The notes beneath the pieces were generated by a model that did no database searches, was not told where the DNA came from, and saw nothing but the letters and a program-made list of their open reading frames with translations. Position numbers and translations under genes: made by a program. From contig NW_026250427.1 of NCBI RefSeq assembly GCF_024521635.1, forward strand, positions 372,001 to 436,000: a stretch of 64,000 nucleotides of DNA. Reading direction: 5' to 3'. The stretch's first letter is position 1, and each line of letters starts with the position of its first letter. This document shows, in pieces, positions 1-13,158 of this stretch. The stretch comes from Tricharina praecox. Its lineage: Eukaryota.

Positions 1-1476
1 CCAAGCCATCGAGAAACTCATGATGCTCGAGAAACAAACCCGCCAGGTCCGCCCACTGATAACTTTACGCGATCGTTCTCCGGCGCGCGGACGCTAATAT
101 GCGCACTACCTAGGCTTCCGATTTACCATCCACCACCCGAATACTCGAGACGATCGTTACATTGTGCAAGGAGTCGGGTGACTGGAATCTCATGAATGAG
201 AATGTCCAAATTCTGTCGAAGAAGCATGGACAGCTCAAGATTGCGATTACGAAGATGGTGCAGCTCGTGATGACATTCTTGCCCGAGACCCCCAACATCG
301 AAACCAAGCTGGCGGTTATCGATACTCTACGGGTGGTGACGGAAGGAAAGGTCGGTGGTGTCATCAGAATGAGCGATATTGGGTGGACGGGTGGGTGTTA
401 ACTGTGGGCAGATATTTGTTGAAGTCGAGAGAGCTCGCATCACGCGAGAACTGTCCAACATCAAGAAGTCGCAAGGCAATCTCGGCGAAGCAAAGAACGT
501 TCTTTGTGAGCTGCAGGTGGAAACTTTCGGTTCGATGGACAGAAAAGAGAAGACGGACTTTATTCTTCTACAGGTCGGCCTTTGCATCGAACACGGTGAT
601 TACGGTCAGGCCTTGATCCTGTCTCGCAAGATCTCGACCAAGTGGTTCACTACCGAACCCAGCAAAAAGGACCAGGAGATCATGGAGTTGAAGCTGCGCT
701 TCTACGAGCAACAGATTCAACTCTCCAAGCAGGACAGCAAGTATCTAGATGCGTGCAAGAACTACAGGGCCATCCTCGACACTCCCAGCATCATGGCGGA
801 CGATGAGAAGCTCAAAGTTATACTGGAGAGGATCATCTACTATGTCATCCTTGCCCCATATGACAACGAGCAATCCGACCTACTGCACCGCATCCACGCA
901 GACCCCAACCTCCTCCGCCTCGTCCCGCAGCAAGACGAACTCCTCAAGAGCTTCACCATTATCGAGCTAATGCCGTGGTCACGCGTGGCGCAACGGTTCG
1001 AGACGATGCTGCGCGCTACCGAGGTCTTCGGCGTCGACGACCCCAAGGGCCCCAAACGCTGGGAAGATCTCCGCAAGCGTGTGATCGAGCACAACGTTCG
1101 TGTGGTTGGCAAGTACTACACCCGGATCACCATGGACCGATTGAAGTCACTGCTGGATCTGGACGAGGATGAGACCGAGACATATCTGTCGAAGCTGGTG
1201 TGTGAGAAGACCGTCAACGCGAAGATCGACCGGCCGGCGAGAATCATCACTTTCGGACAAGCCAGAGATGCGGACGACGTGTTGAACGAGTGGAGTGGGA
1301 ACATGAAGAGTCTTCTAGGTCTGCTCGAGAGAGTTGACCATCTCATCACAAAGGTACGTCTCCCGCGCGCTGCACTACGGATCTAGAGGAGTGCTGACTA
1401 ACGGGCTGTACAGGAGGAGATGATGGCCAACATCGCGCCGAAGATCAAGAGTAAGGGCAAAGGAGTAGGAAAATAA
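1..1476 (+). CDS. RPN5: 26S proteasome lid subunit Rpn5 (PCI domain), 5' end outside window; introns ~47-113, 351-411, 1354-1413
   Basis: Spliced translation gives QAIEKLMMLEKQTRQASD...LSKKHGQLK...VTEGKIFVEVERAR...LQVETFGSM...VIEHNVRVV..YYTRI...AKIDRPA...HLITKEEMMA, typical of Rpn5/PSMD12. Stop TAA at 1474-1476. Confidence 0.95.
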
Positions 1477-1628
1477 TCTAGATGCTGCAACTCTTTAGCG
1501 AATGAAAGTGACCACTTTGTAAAATAATTGGGAGCATGGTCGAGGTTTTTCCTTCTTCGGGCTGGTTCAATCAATTGAGACGTTGATTTGGACTGTTGTG
1601 TCCTGGTCACTGTCCGCCTGCTAAGGCC

Positions 1629-2303
1629 CTGTTCGTCTCACGATTATGTCGTTATTTGCGGACCTATCATGGAACGGCCGGTTCCCCTGTCCACATACTA
1701 CTATCCATCACCTCAGCGAAGTATCCACAATCCTCAGCGGCAACTCAGCGGAAAGTTCTCCCTACCGGCAACCCAGCGAACAATTATCCCTACCGGCAAT
1801 CCTCAGCGGCAACTCCACAGTCGGCCGACATGGACTCCTCTTTAAGTTCACTCTCCGTCACGGTATGGAGGAAAAAAGCCTGCTTGTATGCCATAGCCCG
1901 CGTCGACTAGATAGTAGCAACCGGGTGGATGTGTTCAGAGATCAGCTGCCAATGCCAAATGTCGAAAGTGGCATTTGGAGAACTTCGAAAACACGCGAGA
2001 AATTCTCCGAATGCCACTTTCGACATTTGGCGTTGGTAGCTGGCCTCTGAACACTGAACACATGGTTGCTACTATCTAGTCAACGCGGGGTGTGGTATAC
2101 AAGCAGGCTTTCTTCCTTCATACCGTGGTGGAGGTGGTGGAGAGAGAACTGTCCGCTGAGTTGCCGGTAGGGGGAACTGTCCGCTGAGTTGCCGCTGAGG
2201 ATTGTGGATACTTCGCTGAGGTGATGGATAGTAGTATGTGGACAGGGGAACCGGCCACTCCATGATAGGTCCGGAAATAGCGACATAATCGTGAGACGAA
2301 CAG
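1629..2303. repeat. Long foldback inverted repeat (arms ~360 and ~310 bp, loop ~8 nt at ~1988-1995); MITE/foldback-like or hairpin-RNA locus
   Basis: CTGTTCGTCTCACGATTATGTCG at 1629 is the reverse complement of CGACATAATCGTGAGACGAACAG ending at 2303, and pairing continues to the centre. Mirror ORFs 1588-1845(+) and 2072-2263(-) share PVPLSTYYYPSPQRSIHNPQRQLSG. Confidence 0.93.
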
Positions 2304-4049
2304 AATCTGGTGCGGTTTGCTTCGTGTGTGCCAGAACTCTAGATACCACTAGGGAGGTACCCAGACACCTCAACGTGACACGGCTCGGAGGAAACTCTGG
2401 TGATGGCCCGGTTATATTGCGGTGTCCCTTCAGTACCTACATTAGGATCCGAGGTCAATAATCAACCTCGTCGGGTAGTGTTAAAAGTCAAACGGCGAAT
2501 ACCCTCGTTAAGTTAGATGTGGCCGTGTGGCAAATGACGCTCTACCAATAACACCCGCGGGGAGGTGACACTCAGACGGTTTAAATACCGGTCCACTCTC
2601 CCCATACATCAATGAAGACGGGAAGATAATACATCAATACATCAATAAGCCAGGCCAAGCAAGCCCTCCACGACGGACCACAAATTATACACGCCAGGTT
2701 CACCGCCGCTCCCTCCCAGCTCAGCGCTGGTCAAATTTCTACGGCACAGATTTCCCCACGTCCTACCGTATCACAGTTGTATTCACATGATCCGAAGGTC
2801 CGAGTCAGACGATACCACGGTTCCATTCTACAGACGCTATGGCCGTGGTTAAACGGAATACTTACCTCGCTCGAGCTGGCTCCCCATCCAAGAAGAAGTC
2901 ATCAGAAACCTCGGTGATCGGAAGTCCCGGCACTACTTGGGCCGTCACGCCGCCATTCACGTCCCCAAGGTTCACGGATATATGCAGAAAGGCATCACGG
3001 ATATGGAGGAATGCATGCTGGCCGATAGAAACGGCAGACAGAGGCTGCGTGCGCCGACTTCTCCCGAACGGCCACAGGAAGAAGAGAATCATGTTTCGGC
3101 GGCATCACCAAGGTACAACCCGTGGTTCGATAGTGTCGTCTTGGGTTCTATGAAGAAAGCGGCCTCGGTGATCCAGTGGCAGATTCGGACGGGTGGGATC
3201 TGAATACAGCGTGCAAAAACACATGGAAAACCGGAAAGCGTAGGCTCCTCACCGTGGAAAGGAACCGCGGGACAGCGAGTGGACGTCGATTTTGATGCGC
3301 TGCAGCCTCAGGCCTGAAGCTGATGAACACAAGCCGAGGATGCAGTAGTACAGGGCTTTTCGTGTGGCCCACGGCTTTTCTTTCCACCGATTCTGTATGC
3401 ATATATACATACTCCCGTGGCCGAGAGCTAGGCTCGATGTTCCTCGGAGTGCGGAGTCGAAACCGGTTCCAGCTGGCGGGGTAGGATAAGCGAACTATCT
3501 ATGACGGCTGTTGGGAATGCAGGATCATTCGGAGTTACATTCAGATGAATCCGCCACTGCAATAGTAGTCGGTGCCATGAGTATCATACGACGAGGTGCG
3601 AGGGGAGAGTAGATATCTGGCAGCTAGAAACCTTCCGCCCTCTAAGAGAGAAACCTGAATGAAAACGAAAGTGCATCCCACCCAAAAACTGGTCCCATCC
3701 AGCCTGACGCCATTTCGGCTTGATAGAGCATGCATAGCATTTGGCGAATTGTCCTTTCGATTTCATTTTCTCGTGTTTATGACTCCATGGCGCAGAACAT
3801 ACAGTACGCACCCACACACCACCGCCGTCAAGCACAGTCCATGCCTATCCCGGTCGTTGCTTACCTTACCTGCCCCCCCTTGCTCTATCGCTAGCCCAAG
3901 CACCGTCGCAGATCGATAGCCAATCCCCACGCGATCCCCACTGTCGTCCATCTACTCTGCGCACCGCGAACATCGCCGTCATTAGCTACCACCATATAAC
4001 ACAACCCTTCCTCCACTGCGAATCGCATTCCGCCTCCCTTCCCTCCACC

Positions 4050-5452
4050 ATGACCCTCGGGAGAAAAGCGGACGACCGTATGATCTCAGTGCTCGAAACA
4101 ACCATGTCGGGTCTCACCTTCACCAAAGACGCCACCGGCCTGGTGCGCATACAGGATGAGAATGGCGATGTACCCGACAATGTCGAGCCCGCTTCAATCC
4201 TAGAATTGACGCCGCCACCGACCCCCACAAGAGATGGAAAGCTTGGCACGGCGAATATTATTCCTATGGAGATCCTCTGTCTCATACTGGAATTTGTCAA
4301 CCCGAAGAGACAGGATGTGTTCGCAGCTACCTCCAAGGTTTCGCGGCTGTGGTATCATGCTAGCGCACCGTTTCTGTCAGCCCTCCCCGCACTCTCAAGC
4401 TTATTGTGCTTGTATGCTGACGGTGGATCTTGTATAGCTATCGCTGCCCTAAGATCACCGGGAATAACTACCTCAAGTTCGCTGCCATCATCTCGCCGTC
4501 CAGCACTCTCATCAAGCCATCATCCCTCGGCTCTCTCGTGAAGCGTCTCGACCTTTCAGCTCTGGTATATCAAGGCCGCCCCTCCCTCAACGCGCGCCTG
4601 CTGCGTCGCGTTCAAGCCAATCTCGAAGAATTCGTCGCCCCACAGACTACCTTCGGCTACAACTGCATCGTAGCTCTCGGTCACCTCCAAAAGCTGCGCC
4701 TCCTCGACCTCTCCCTCATCAGCCAGTCCGTCAACCTCGATGATCTCTTCCAGCACATCGGGGATCTCCCGAACCTGCGCACCCTTAACTTCCCACGTTC
4801 CTCCGTCCTTGCGCAACCGCAGACCCGCTTCCTCTGGCCCAAGCGGCTAGAGAGTTTCTCTCTCAGTGGAGCGATTCTAGACTACTTCCTCCACGAGACG
4901 CAGCTCCCCGAGACGCTCCACGAACTGCACATCTCGCACTGCCCATTCACGCGCAGCGGCAGCGTAATCCGGCTAGCCGCGGCGCTCTCGCTGCAACTCA
5001 CGAGCTTGAGCATAACCTACCCGATGCCCTGCCTCGCCTTCAACGCACTCGACAACATTCTGAACATGTGCCCGCACCTCACGTACCTCCTCATCGCCGT
5101 CGACTACATTTCCAACCACTTCTTCGACTTCGGGCTCGGCCACCCACTGAAGCGGCTCGACCTCGACTCCAGCGGCAATCCCGGGGTCGAACACAAAGTC
5201 TCACCCAACGACGTCTTCATCGCCGTGGCCGAAGACCGCCTTCCCGACCTCCGCATCGTCCGTGTCTCCCGCCTCCTAAAGTGGGTCGTCCGCGAAAAGG
5301 GCGACGTCGACGATCTCGTCGATATGCTCGAGGCGAAAGCGCGCGAGGCTACAGCCGCCCCCGCCGCCGGCGATGATGTTGATGACGATGATGATATCGC
5401 CTCCGCTGATGTGGGCGTCTGGGAATTTGGCGATGCAAGGGGAAATGGGTAA
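4050..5452 (+). CDS. F-box protein with LRR-like C-terminal region; intron ~4376-4437
   Basis: F-box-like IPMEILCLILEFV...SKVSRLWYHASAPFLYRCP after splicing, followed by LVKRLDLS, LRLLDLS, LRTLNFP, LHELHISHC repeats. Confidence 0.8.
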
Positions 5453-8400
5453 GTCCAAAAAAATGCCGTGTGCGTGTCTGTGTGTGGGGGTGGGGGTGGG
5501 TGTGTATATGGGGGCGGTGTGGAGGTGGCGGTGGTGGGGGGAGGGGTGCGAAAAAGAGAGGGTGCGTTATTGATGTGAATAGATTTGGAGGCGCACTCAC
5601 CGGCATGACGTCGGGCGAATGGTGGTGGCTGTCGAGCATAGCACCGAGAGGGCCCGTGTGGCTCAATGGTTTGTTTGCTTCGTAGCGTGGCAGGTGGTAG
5701 GTGGTAGAGAGGGCGGCGGTGGTGGAGGTGACGGACGAGTGATGCACGGCGAGGTGAATGGCGTGAATGGCATTTAGATGCGTGGGGGCTATACTACTGT
5801 ACATATGTATGTGCTTGAGCTTGGGTACAGATTTTTGAGGGCAATGGAGGTGTGGTTGTATGGATACTTTGCTGTGGATGGGGGTTGTGGGTGGAGGTGG
5901 GTTGGTCATTGTGAGTGGAGAGGTGGGTTGGCCATTGCGAGTGGAGAGGTGGGTTTGCCTCTCGGGCCGAGTGAGGGACCGAGGGTTTTTGTTATGTTTT
6001 GCTTCATCATTTTGTATTCGAAGGGAGAGAGAGAGAGAACATTATATCTCACATGCAGTCTTTCCAGAAACACTCCGTTGGGCACCGCCTGTTTTCGAAG
6101 GGTTGGGAGAGAGAGAAAATTAATTTATTTCGCATGCAGCCTTACTACTATAGATTATGGCGAACTTCGAAGGGTTAAACTTGGAGTGAAGAGTGGGTCT
6201 GGGTCTGGACGATCGTGGCGAGTGACCGTGTAAGAGGCGTGCACATTCTACACTCTACACCTTGCGAAATAAACTGAAGATCTCTCTCTCTCTCTGCACT
6301 CTGCACTCTGCACCCTCCTTACCGCTATGTACGGTACGTTTCACGCGGGAATCATCCCATCGCTCGCGTAGGTACGTATCTCTTCGCAGTTATGCTCGCC
6401 GTCTCGTATGTACTTATATACGGTTATTGTGTTTTATGAAGGATGAAGCTGGCAGGCTGATACATTAGGTACATACTTCCAGCCACAACAGTGAGTCAGC
6501 GACTTATTCACACTTGGCCGCCATTGACGAACCATAGACTGGTGGTGCGCTGGCTGATACATCATTCTGGCACGGAGTACCTACCTCATACTCCAAGACA
6601 TATGCAGGCATGAGGCTCTTGTTTCTTTTTCCTCTCAGTTTCATCATTCCGTAAGATGTATGTAGAGTACCTAATCGAACGTTTCCGGCAATCACGGTAC
6701 TATATTCTTGAGGGTTTTTTTGGTTGTGTTTCTTTATTAATTCGCACGCAACATATCCAGACTAGGTACGGTATGGTGTAGTGTGCATTGTGCACCGTCC
6801 ACAGTCCAGATACCTGTCTAGATGTACTACATAGTAGCACCCCGCTTCTCCCTCCGGTCCCAGCTCTCCGCTTCTCTCCGTCCTCAGCTATCAGCTCTCC
6901 GCCTATCAGTGTCAGACACGGCTTTGATGAGGCGGTGCTTTTGTTTATGTTTTCATCATTCCATAGGTATTCGGTCATGTGCCCAATGCCCATTCACGCC
7001 GCACGCCGTACGAGTGGCCGCACGAGTGCGTGTGTGGACATGTACGAATCCAAGATTCCAAGGCTGTAGTACCTAGGTGATGGGCTGTGATTTGCCTACA
7101 ATATTCCCGATGACTGGGGAGTTCATTATGCTGGAAATGACGCTGATAACTTGGCAATGGAGGGGCGAATGGGAAGAGTGGGAGTGGCGGAGAGTGGGAG
7201 GATGGGAGTGGGCGAGAAAGGGAGAATGAAGTGTGTAAGTCATAGGGTGAATGAAGTATAAGCCGTAAGGTGGATGTGCTAATGGGAGAATAAGGTGTGT
7301 AAGCCATGAGGTGGATGTGCGAATGGCACTCGGTGGATGCAAGAATTATGAACGAGGGGCTTACTGCTATGTAAGTCGACTACCTATACCCGTACTCTAC
7401 ATAGAATCATTGGTAACAACCTGCGCGATTACGCAGCTTATGTAGATGATGAGCAGCAATTCGTAATTCCTTCCCTTGTAAGTTATGCTCATGGACCTCA
7501 GGCCATACGAGAGTGCCCAGAGGCTGACAAGACCATAGCGGCGATCATTGGCTGTTTCCCTCCCTCCCTCCCTCAGGAGTCCTGACCTATGATAAGCGGT
7601 AGATCCGGCGATCGATAGACCCCAACCTCACGTACCTCGAGTACATATGTACCTGTATGTGCATTCAGCGCAGGAGGCAGGAGATCCTCATATGCATGCA
7701 CACAAGACGGACCAGCTTCACGAACCGGCATGCTCTCGCGGCGTCTCGCCTACTGACGCGGCCCCGCAGGTAGGGTGAAGGGTGAGCTGGGACTCGGACT
7801 GCCCACGCGGCCAGCCCAGCGCCCTCCCATCACCATCATCATCAATGGCGTGGGGGTATATAGTTCCGGAAACGCTACTCGGCATCCTGTTTCAGTGCAA
7901 GCCCATCCATCGATGCAGTGTGGACGCCTCGCGGATGCATCGTGGCCGTCCGTCTCTCCTTAGTTACGCATGCAGGACGACGAAGGAAAGAAAATGCGCA
8001 GAGGAGGGATTTCGGATGGATGGGCGGACACTACGAAAGTGGGCACTCACTTGCCTGTGTGAGCGCTGCAGTGAGCGGGCCTGTTTCTCCCTATATCTCG
8101 CGTGCGCAGTCGTCGGGATTCGGGAATAGCAGCACGCTACATAGCGGTCATGCAGGTACCGACTCGGGACTGGTCTAGAAGTGCTTCTTTTTTGCTCAAG
8201 GGCTCGGCTTCTTTCCCATGGCATGATGGATATCGCTCGTTCCGCCCAGGCTTTTTCCAGCTGAATCCCCCCCCATCCCCGAGTTGTGTAGGATTCCTAC
8301 CAGGGGCCCGGGTAGGAAGGAGAACAGTCGGAGCGAAGACTAGCCTCGAAAAGAGCTGACGTGCAAGCGACTTCGGATACGACCCATGTCGGTAGCCAAT

Positions 8401-8885
8401 CATGCTCGAGGCGAGGGCGTCAACCAACGTGGGTGGGACGGACGGACGCAGCCCAAGCCTAGGTGAGTTCGTTCGGTCGTGCTCAGTTTGACGCTGGATG
8501 TGGTTATGGCTCTTTTGTTTTTGTGGCGTCTTTCCGAGAAGAAGATGAAGAGGACGAAGAAAGGAAGACGAAAGCACTGACTTGTGCCCCCTATGCAGGT
8601 CTCAGAATACCTACCCCCCCCCCCCCCCCCACCCCTCCGGCCCACGCTGCCGGCGGATGGCTTCTTATATATATGGCCTAGATGGCCGGCCGTTGGTTCT
8701 CGACTTGGTGTTCACGATATCGCTCTGTCTGTCTTCACCTTTGAGCCATCGTGCTCGTCCTGTCATTCATTGACCGAGAGACTGTTTGATTGTACTCTCA
8801 CACGCTCTTTGCGATATTCATCACTCATTATTTATCCCACCACATTCATTTTTTGTTTAACTTCTAGTTCTGATATTCACCCAAC

Positions 8886-11800
8886 ATGAGGGTTTCCACC
8901 GTCTTTCCCTTGTTCCTTTCGATCTCCATATGGGGTTCGCATGTGCTGGCCCTGCCTGCTCCGCAGCAGCAGCAGGACGACGAGTCAACAGGTTCGAGCT
9001 CTATTGCGAGATTCACCACCGAGTCACTCCGTCCAGTCCCCAGCAGCACTCTTGACTCGAGCCCGAGCCCTGGCAGCACTGTTGACGCGAGCCCGAGCCC
9101 CACGACAACGTCGACTGTAGAGATGGAAGAGCACGTACAGGAGGGCGGTCTGGCCGGACAGCCTGAGCCCGATGTCACCCCAGTGATCCTAGAGGCGCCG
9201 TCTTCGACCGATCCTGTCCCCGTGGAGACCATCACGAGTGCAGACTCGAAGGTGCAGATGTAGGTTTCCTCCTTCTATGTCAAGTACTTGTGTAGTGGAA
9301 TAGATGTTGACACGCATCAAGTCCCGAAGCTCCTACCGCCACCCCTGATGTCCGTGTTCTGGGCTTCGTCAACACTGAGCTCGACACTCGCGGAAATCCC
9401 AACGTGGAGCCCTTCCCCACCGAGGACCCAAGGACTCAGGGCAAGTTCGATAGTTCTGCCACCAGGGTGGCGCCGGCGGTTACATACACCCGGCCCGCCA
9501 CCATCGTTGCGCCTGTTGCGCCTGTTGCAAAGCGAGAGGCGGAGGCGGACCACATGAACTTCCTTCCGGTCCGACAGACCGTTACGAATATTTTCGGACC
9601 CATTGCGACTACAGCCCCGCCGGCGCTGTTTTCTCGTCGGACCAATCACCCCATCCCGCTGCCGCCGATGAGTGATGGGTCCACCGGTCCCGTCCAGACC
9701 AACAAGTTCTTCGCCAACATGATGCTCGGAGGCCGCAACAACCCCGTCTTCACCTATCCCTACGAGGTGTGGTGGAGCAACCAGCTCGACGCCCCCTGGG
9801 GACTCGGAATCGACCACCGCGAGCCCGAGCAGCGCCAATTCGGCCCTACGGAAGCTCCCTCGGGAGCCGTCCGCTGGTACGCCTCGCCCATCTGGATCCG
9901 GTCCATCCAGCTCGGAGCAACGGAGTTCAATCACCAGAGCTCGAGCATGGAGATGGCGAACCTCAAAACCCAGAGCGCGGATCTCACCTTCTTTGCGGAC
10001 TCGTCGGTGTCCAGGACTACCGCCAAGATGGAGGTGACGCTGTGCCAGGGAATGGGCTTCATCAGTTCGACTGTTACGAACCTCACGCCGGTGCTCGACA
10101 CTGCCGTCTGGGTCCGCACCCTCACCAAGGTCGAGAACTACAGGCTCGACGCCACCAAGTACCTAATCACCCTTGAGAACGACTCCGTGTGGGCGCTCTA
10201 TGCGTTCTCGAGTTCGCTTCTGCCCACTTTGACTCCGCTGGATCTTGTGGTCATCAACAATGGCCACATCGAGGCCAGTGGAAAGTTCAGTGGATTGATC
10301 CAGATCGTCAAGCTGTCCAAGACCACCACCGTGGACCCTGCGGTGGAGACCGCGTACGACAACGCCGCGGGATCGTACTGCAAGTCCGTTGATCTTGCGG
10401 GATCGGTCGCTGGTAGCACTGGAAGCTATCAGTTCAACTACCAGAGGCAGGGACCCGGCACATCCGAGCTGGTTCGTCACACCGATATCCCATTACCACC
10501 AGCCAGCCTCCTTTGCTAACACAGCCGTGTACAGTTGATGTTTGCTCTCCCCCACCACGTCAAATCCTTCGAGTCCACCACGACCGCCAAACTCGTGTCC
10601 GCGGTGAAGCTGCAAAGCCCCGCCAAGGGCGTCATGACCGCCGTAGTATCAGACCAGTGGCGTCTCCGCGAGGTGGGAATTCCCAACACCATAGGCTGGC
10701 TCCCCGTACGCACGGGCGGCGCCGCCACCTGGTCGGCCGCCAACCTCAACCGTCTCTCCACTGTGGCCAAGTCGGAGCTCACCCAGGACTTTGCAAATGT
10801 GACGAATCTCGACACCATGTACTTCGCCGGAAAGCCCATGGCCAAGTATGCGTTCATGTGTCTTACCATGAGCGAGATCCTGAAGGATGTGCCACTGACT
10901 AGGCAGTGTCAGATTAAGTTGAAGGTAAACATAGATGAATTCCTGTTCTGCTGGAAAGGTGCTGATGTGTTCCAACTTTCAAGGCGGCCTTCGCTCGTTT
11001 CGCAAATAACACCCAGATCAACAAACTGGTGTACGATACTAAGTGGAAGGGCGTGGTTACGGATGCCATCTACAAGACCGGCGATCCACAGGTCGAGTTT
11101 GGCGCAGGCGTGTACAACGACCACCATTTCCGTGCGTAATCCCCCACTGCAGTCCCTCGAATCTCCGCAACCAACTAACCCCATCCCCGAATGCAGACTA
11201 CGGCTACTTCATCCAAGCAGCGGCGATCATCGCCTACCTGGAGAACAAGCACTTCGACCTCAAGAACCACAACTGGATCCGGCTCAACGGGCCCTGGGTG
11301 AACACACTGATCCGGGATGTGGCCAATCCGTCCTCCCTCGACCCGCACTTCCCCGTCTCCCGCTCTTTCGACTGGTTCCACGGGCACTCGTGGGCCAAGG
11401 GTCTCTTCGAGTCATGGGACGGCAAAGACGAGGAGTCCTCGTCGGAAGACTACAACTTTGCGTACGCGATGAAGCTGTGGGGCAACGTAGTTGGCGATGC
11501 CGCCATGGAGGCGCGCGGGAACTTGATGCTGGCGATCATGAAGAACAGCATGAACGAGTACATGCTGCTGTCGTCGGGGAACACGAACCATCCCGCAAAC
11601 TTCGTCGGCAACAAGCTCTCCGGCATCCTCTTCGAGAATAAGGTTGAGCACACGACGTACTTTGGTCACCTGCCGCAGTATATACATGGTGTGCATATGC
11701 TCCCGCTCACCGCTATTTCGCCGTATATCCGTGGTCAGACGTTCGTCACCGAGGAGTGGAATCTCTACTTTCGTGGGAAGACGGGCGCCATCGATGATGG

Positions 11801-11957
11801 CTGGAAGGGCATTCTCTATGCGAACCTCGCGCTCATCGATGCGAAGGGCACGTTTGCGTTCTTTAATAGCACCGGCTGGAAGGCGAAGTGGCTCGATGGG
11901 GGGGCGTCGAGGTCGTGGTATATGGCGTTCTCGGGGTCGCTCGGCGGTGCTGCGTAG
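8886..11957 (+). CDS. Secreted endo-1,3-beta-glucanase, glycoside hydrolase family 81 (Eng1/Dse4-like); introns ~9260-9321, 10472-10534, 10925-10983, 11132-11196
   Basis: N-terminal signal peptide and S/T/P-rich stalk, then GH81 motifs QTNKFFAN, YNDHHFHYGYF (after splicing), RSFDWFHGHSWAKGLFES.DGKDEESSSEDYN, GILFENK, YIHGVHMLP, WLDGGASRSW. Confidence 0.93.
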
Positions 11958-13158
11958 AAGAGGAGGGGTTGAGTTCGATAGTTGTCTTTTTTGGATGTTT
12001 TTATTTTGGGATGGTTTCCTCGGCTGCGAAGTAGTAACGAGAGCTGGTTGATTCTGGTTATGAAGTATGCACATACATACATTCTGGTTGCATTTCTGTA
12101 TGTACCTACTTTGCTATGACCGTGGAAGTAATTGTGTTGCGATATCACTTTGAATCCGGATCGTATGGCGAAGATCGTATGGCGCAGATCCGAGGTCGGC
12201 GAGTGTGATGCGTATGCAATAACGGGAGTGCCGCCGCCCCCCCAAGCTCCCACCATGCCCGAGTCCGACGGCAAGGCGCAGAACGCCAGTGGTTATGCAC
12301 TTACGTTCACGTACGGTATGTAGTGACCAATCTCGAGCAGACCTCGCCTCGCCTCGCCTCGCCGCCCTGACGCTACCATCCGAGCCCCCCGCCCCGCACG
12401 TGGCGGACAGCAGCCGCATGAGACTCTATGTATCCAGCCGTCCTCGTCATGCGGCGCAACTCGCTTCGGTCGAGGGAGCTTCTTGGCGGTACATAAGAAG
12501 TACCGTATGCAGATTTCGTTCCAGTGGAGTAGAGTACATGCGGTGCATTTCGGTAGGTTTCTGGGGTAAACTATCTAGCGAGCGAGTGGATGGCATCTGT
12601 GGGAGGTGAAGTGAAGCTCGTGTAGAATGGCCGTTCGGAGGGAAGCTGAGCCTCCTTAGGTACGCGAGTATCACCGTAGCTACTCTACATGCAATATGTC
12701 CTGCGAATGCTCATTGACCGCCCATGACCACTCAGCTCAGTGAAAAATCCATGCCATGCGAGAACCCATGGCCCCTCACGCCCATGAGCCTTTCACGATT
12801 AACATTGTGCGTCACGGTCCCGGAGCGGTGCGTGCCAGAATGGGACCTTACAATACTGTGTCGCGTTTGATCGTTTCTGGCACGGTGCAGAATGAGCTCT
12901 GCGAGGCTTCCACTGGTGGGGTGAATGAGGCTCTTCAGCGCTAGTGGCACCACCAACTCTAACCCCGCCAACGCGACCGGTAGCGAGCTCTCTTCGTCTT
13001 CTCTACTTTGGACAGCTACACGACAACCTCTCCCGCTATACATACTTCGAGAACTTCAATACCCGCTCGGATTCAAAGGCACCCTGCGATAGACCAATTT
13101 TAACCCCTCCCTCCCTCATACCTCAATCTCTACGCACGGAACGTAATCACCCACCACA

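Noticed and set aside
2858..2867. ATACTTACCT, identical to the U1 snRNA 5' end
   Set aside because: No convincing stem-loop I, no ATTGCAC loop II and no Sm site follow. More likely a minus-strand donor-like AGGTAAGTAT or chance.
2839..3203. Short ORFs on both strands between the foldback repeat and the F-box gene
   Set aside because: No recognisable motif or consistent exon structure. A small gene cannot be excluded.
12816..12884. 10-bp inverted repeat CGTGCCAGAA/TTCTGGCACG plus GGTCCC/GGGACC upstream of DBP5
   Set aside because: Short stems like these are expected by chance, and no known ncRNA motif is present.
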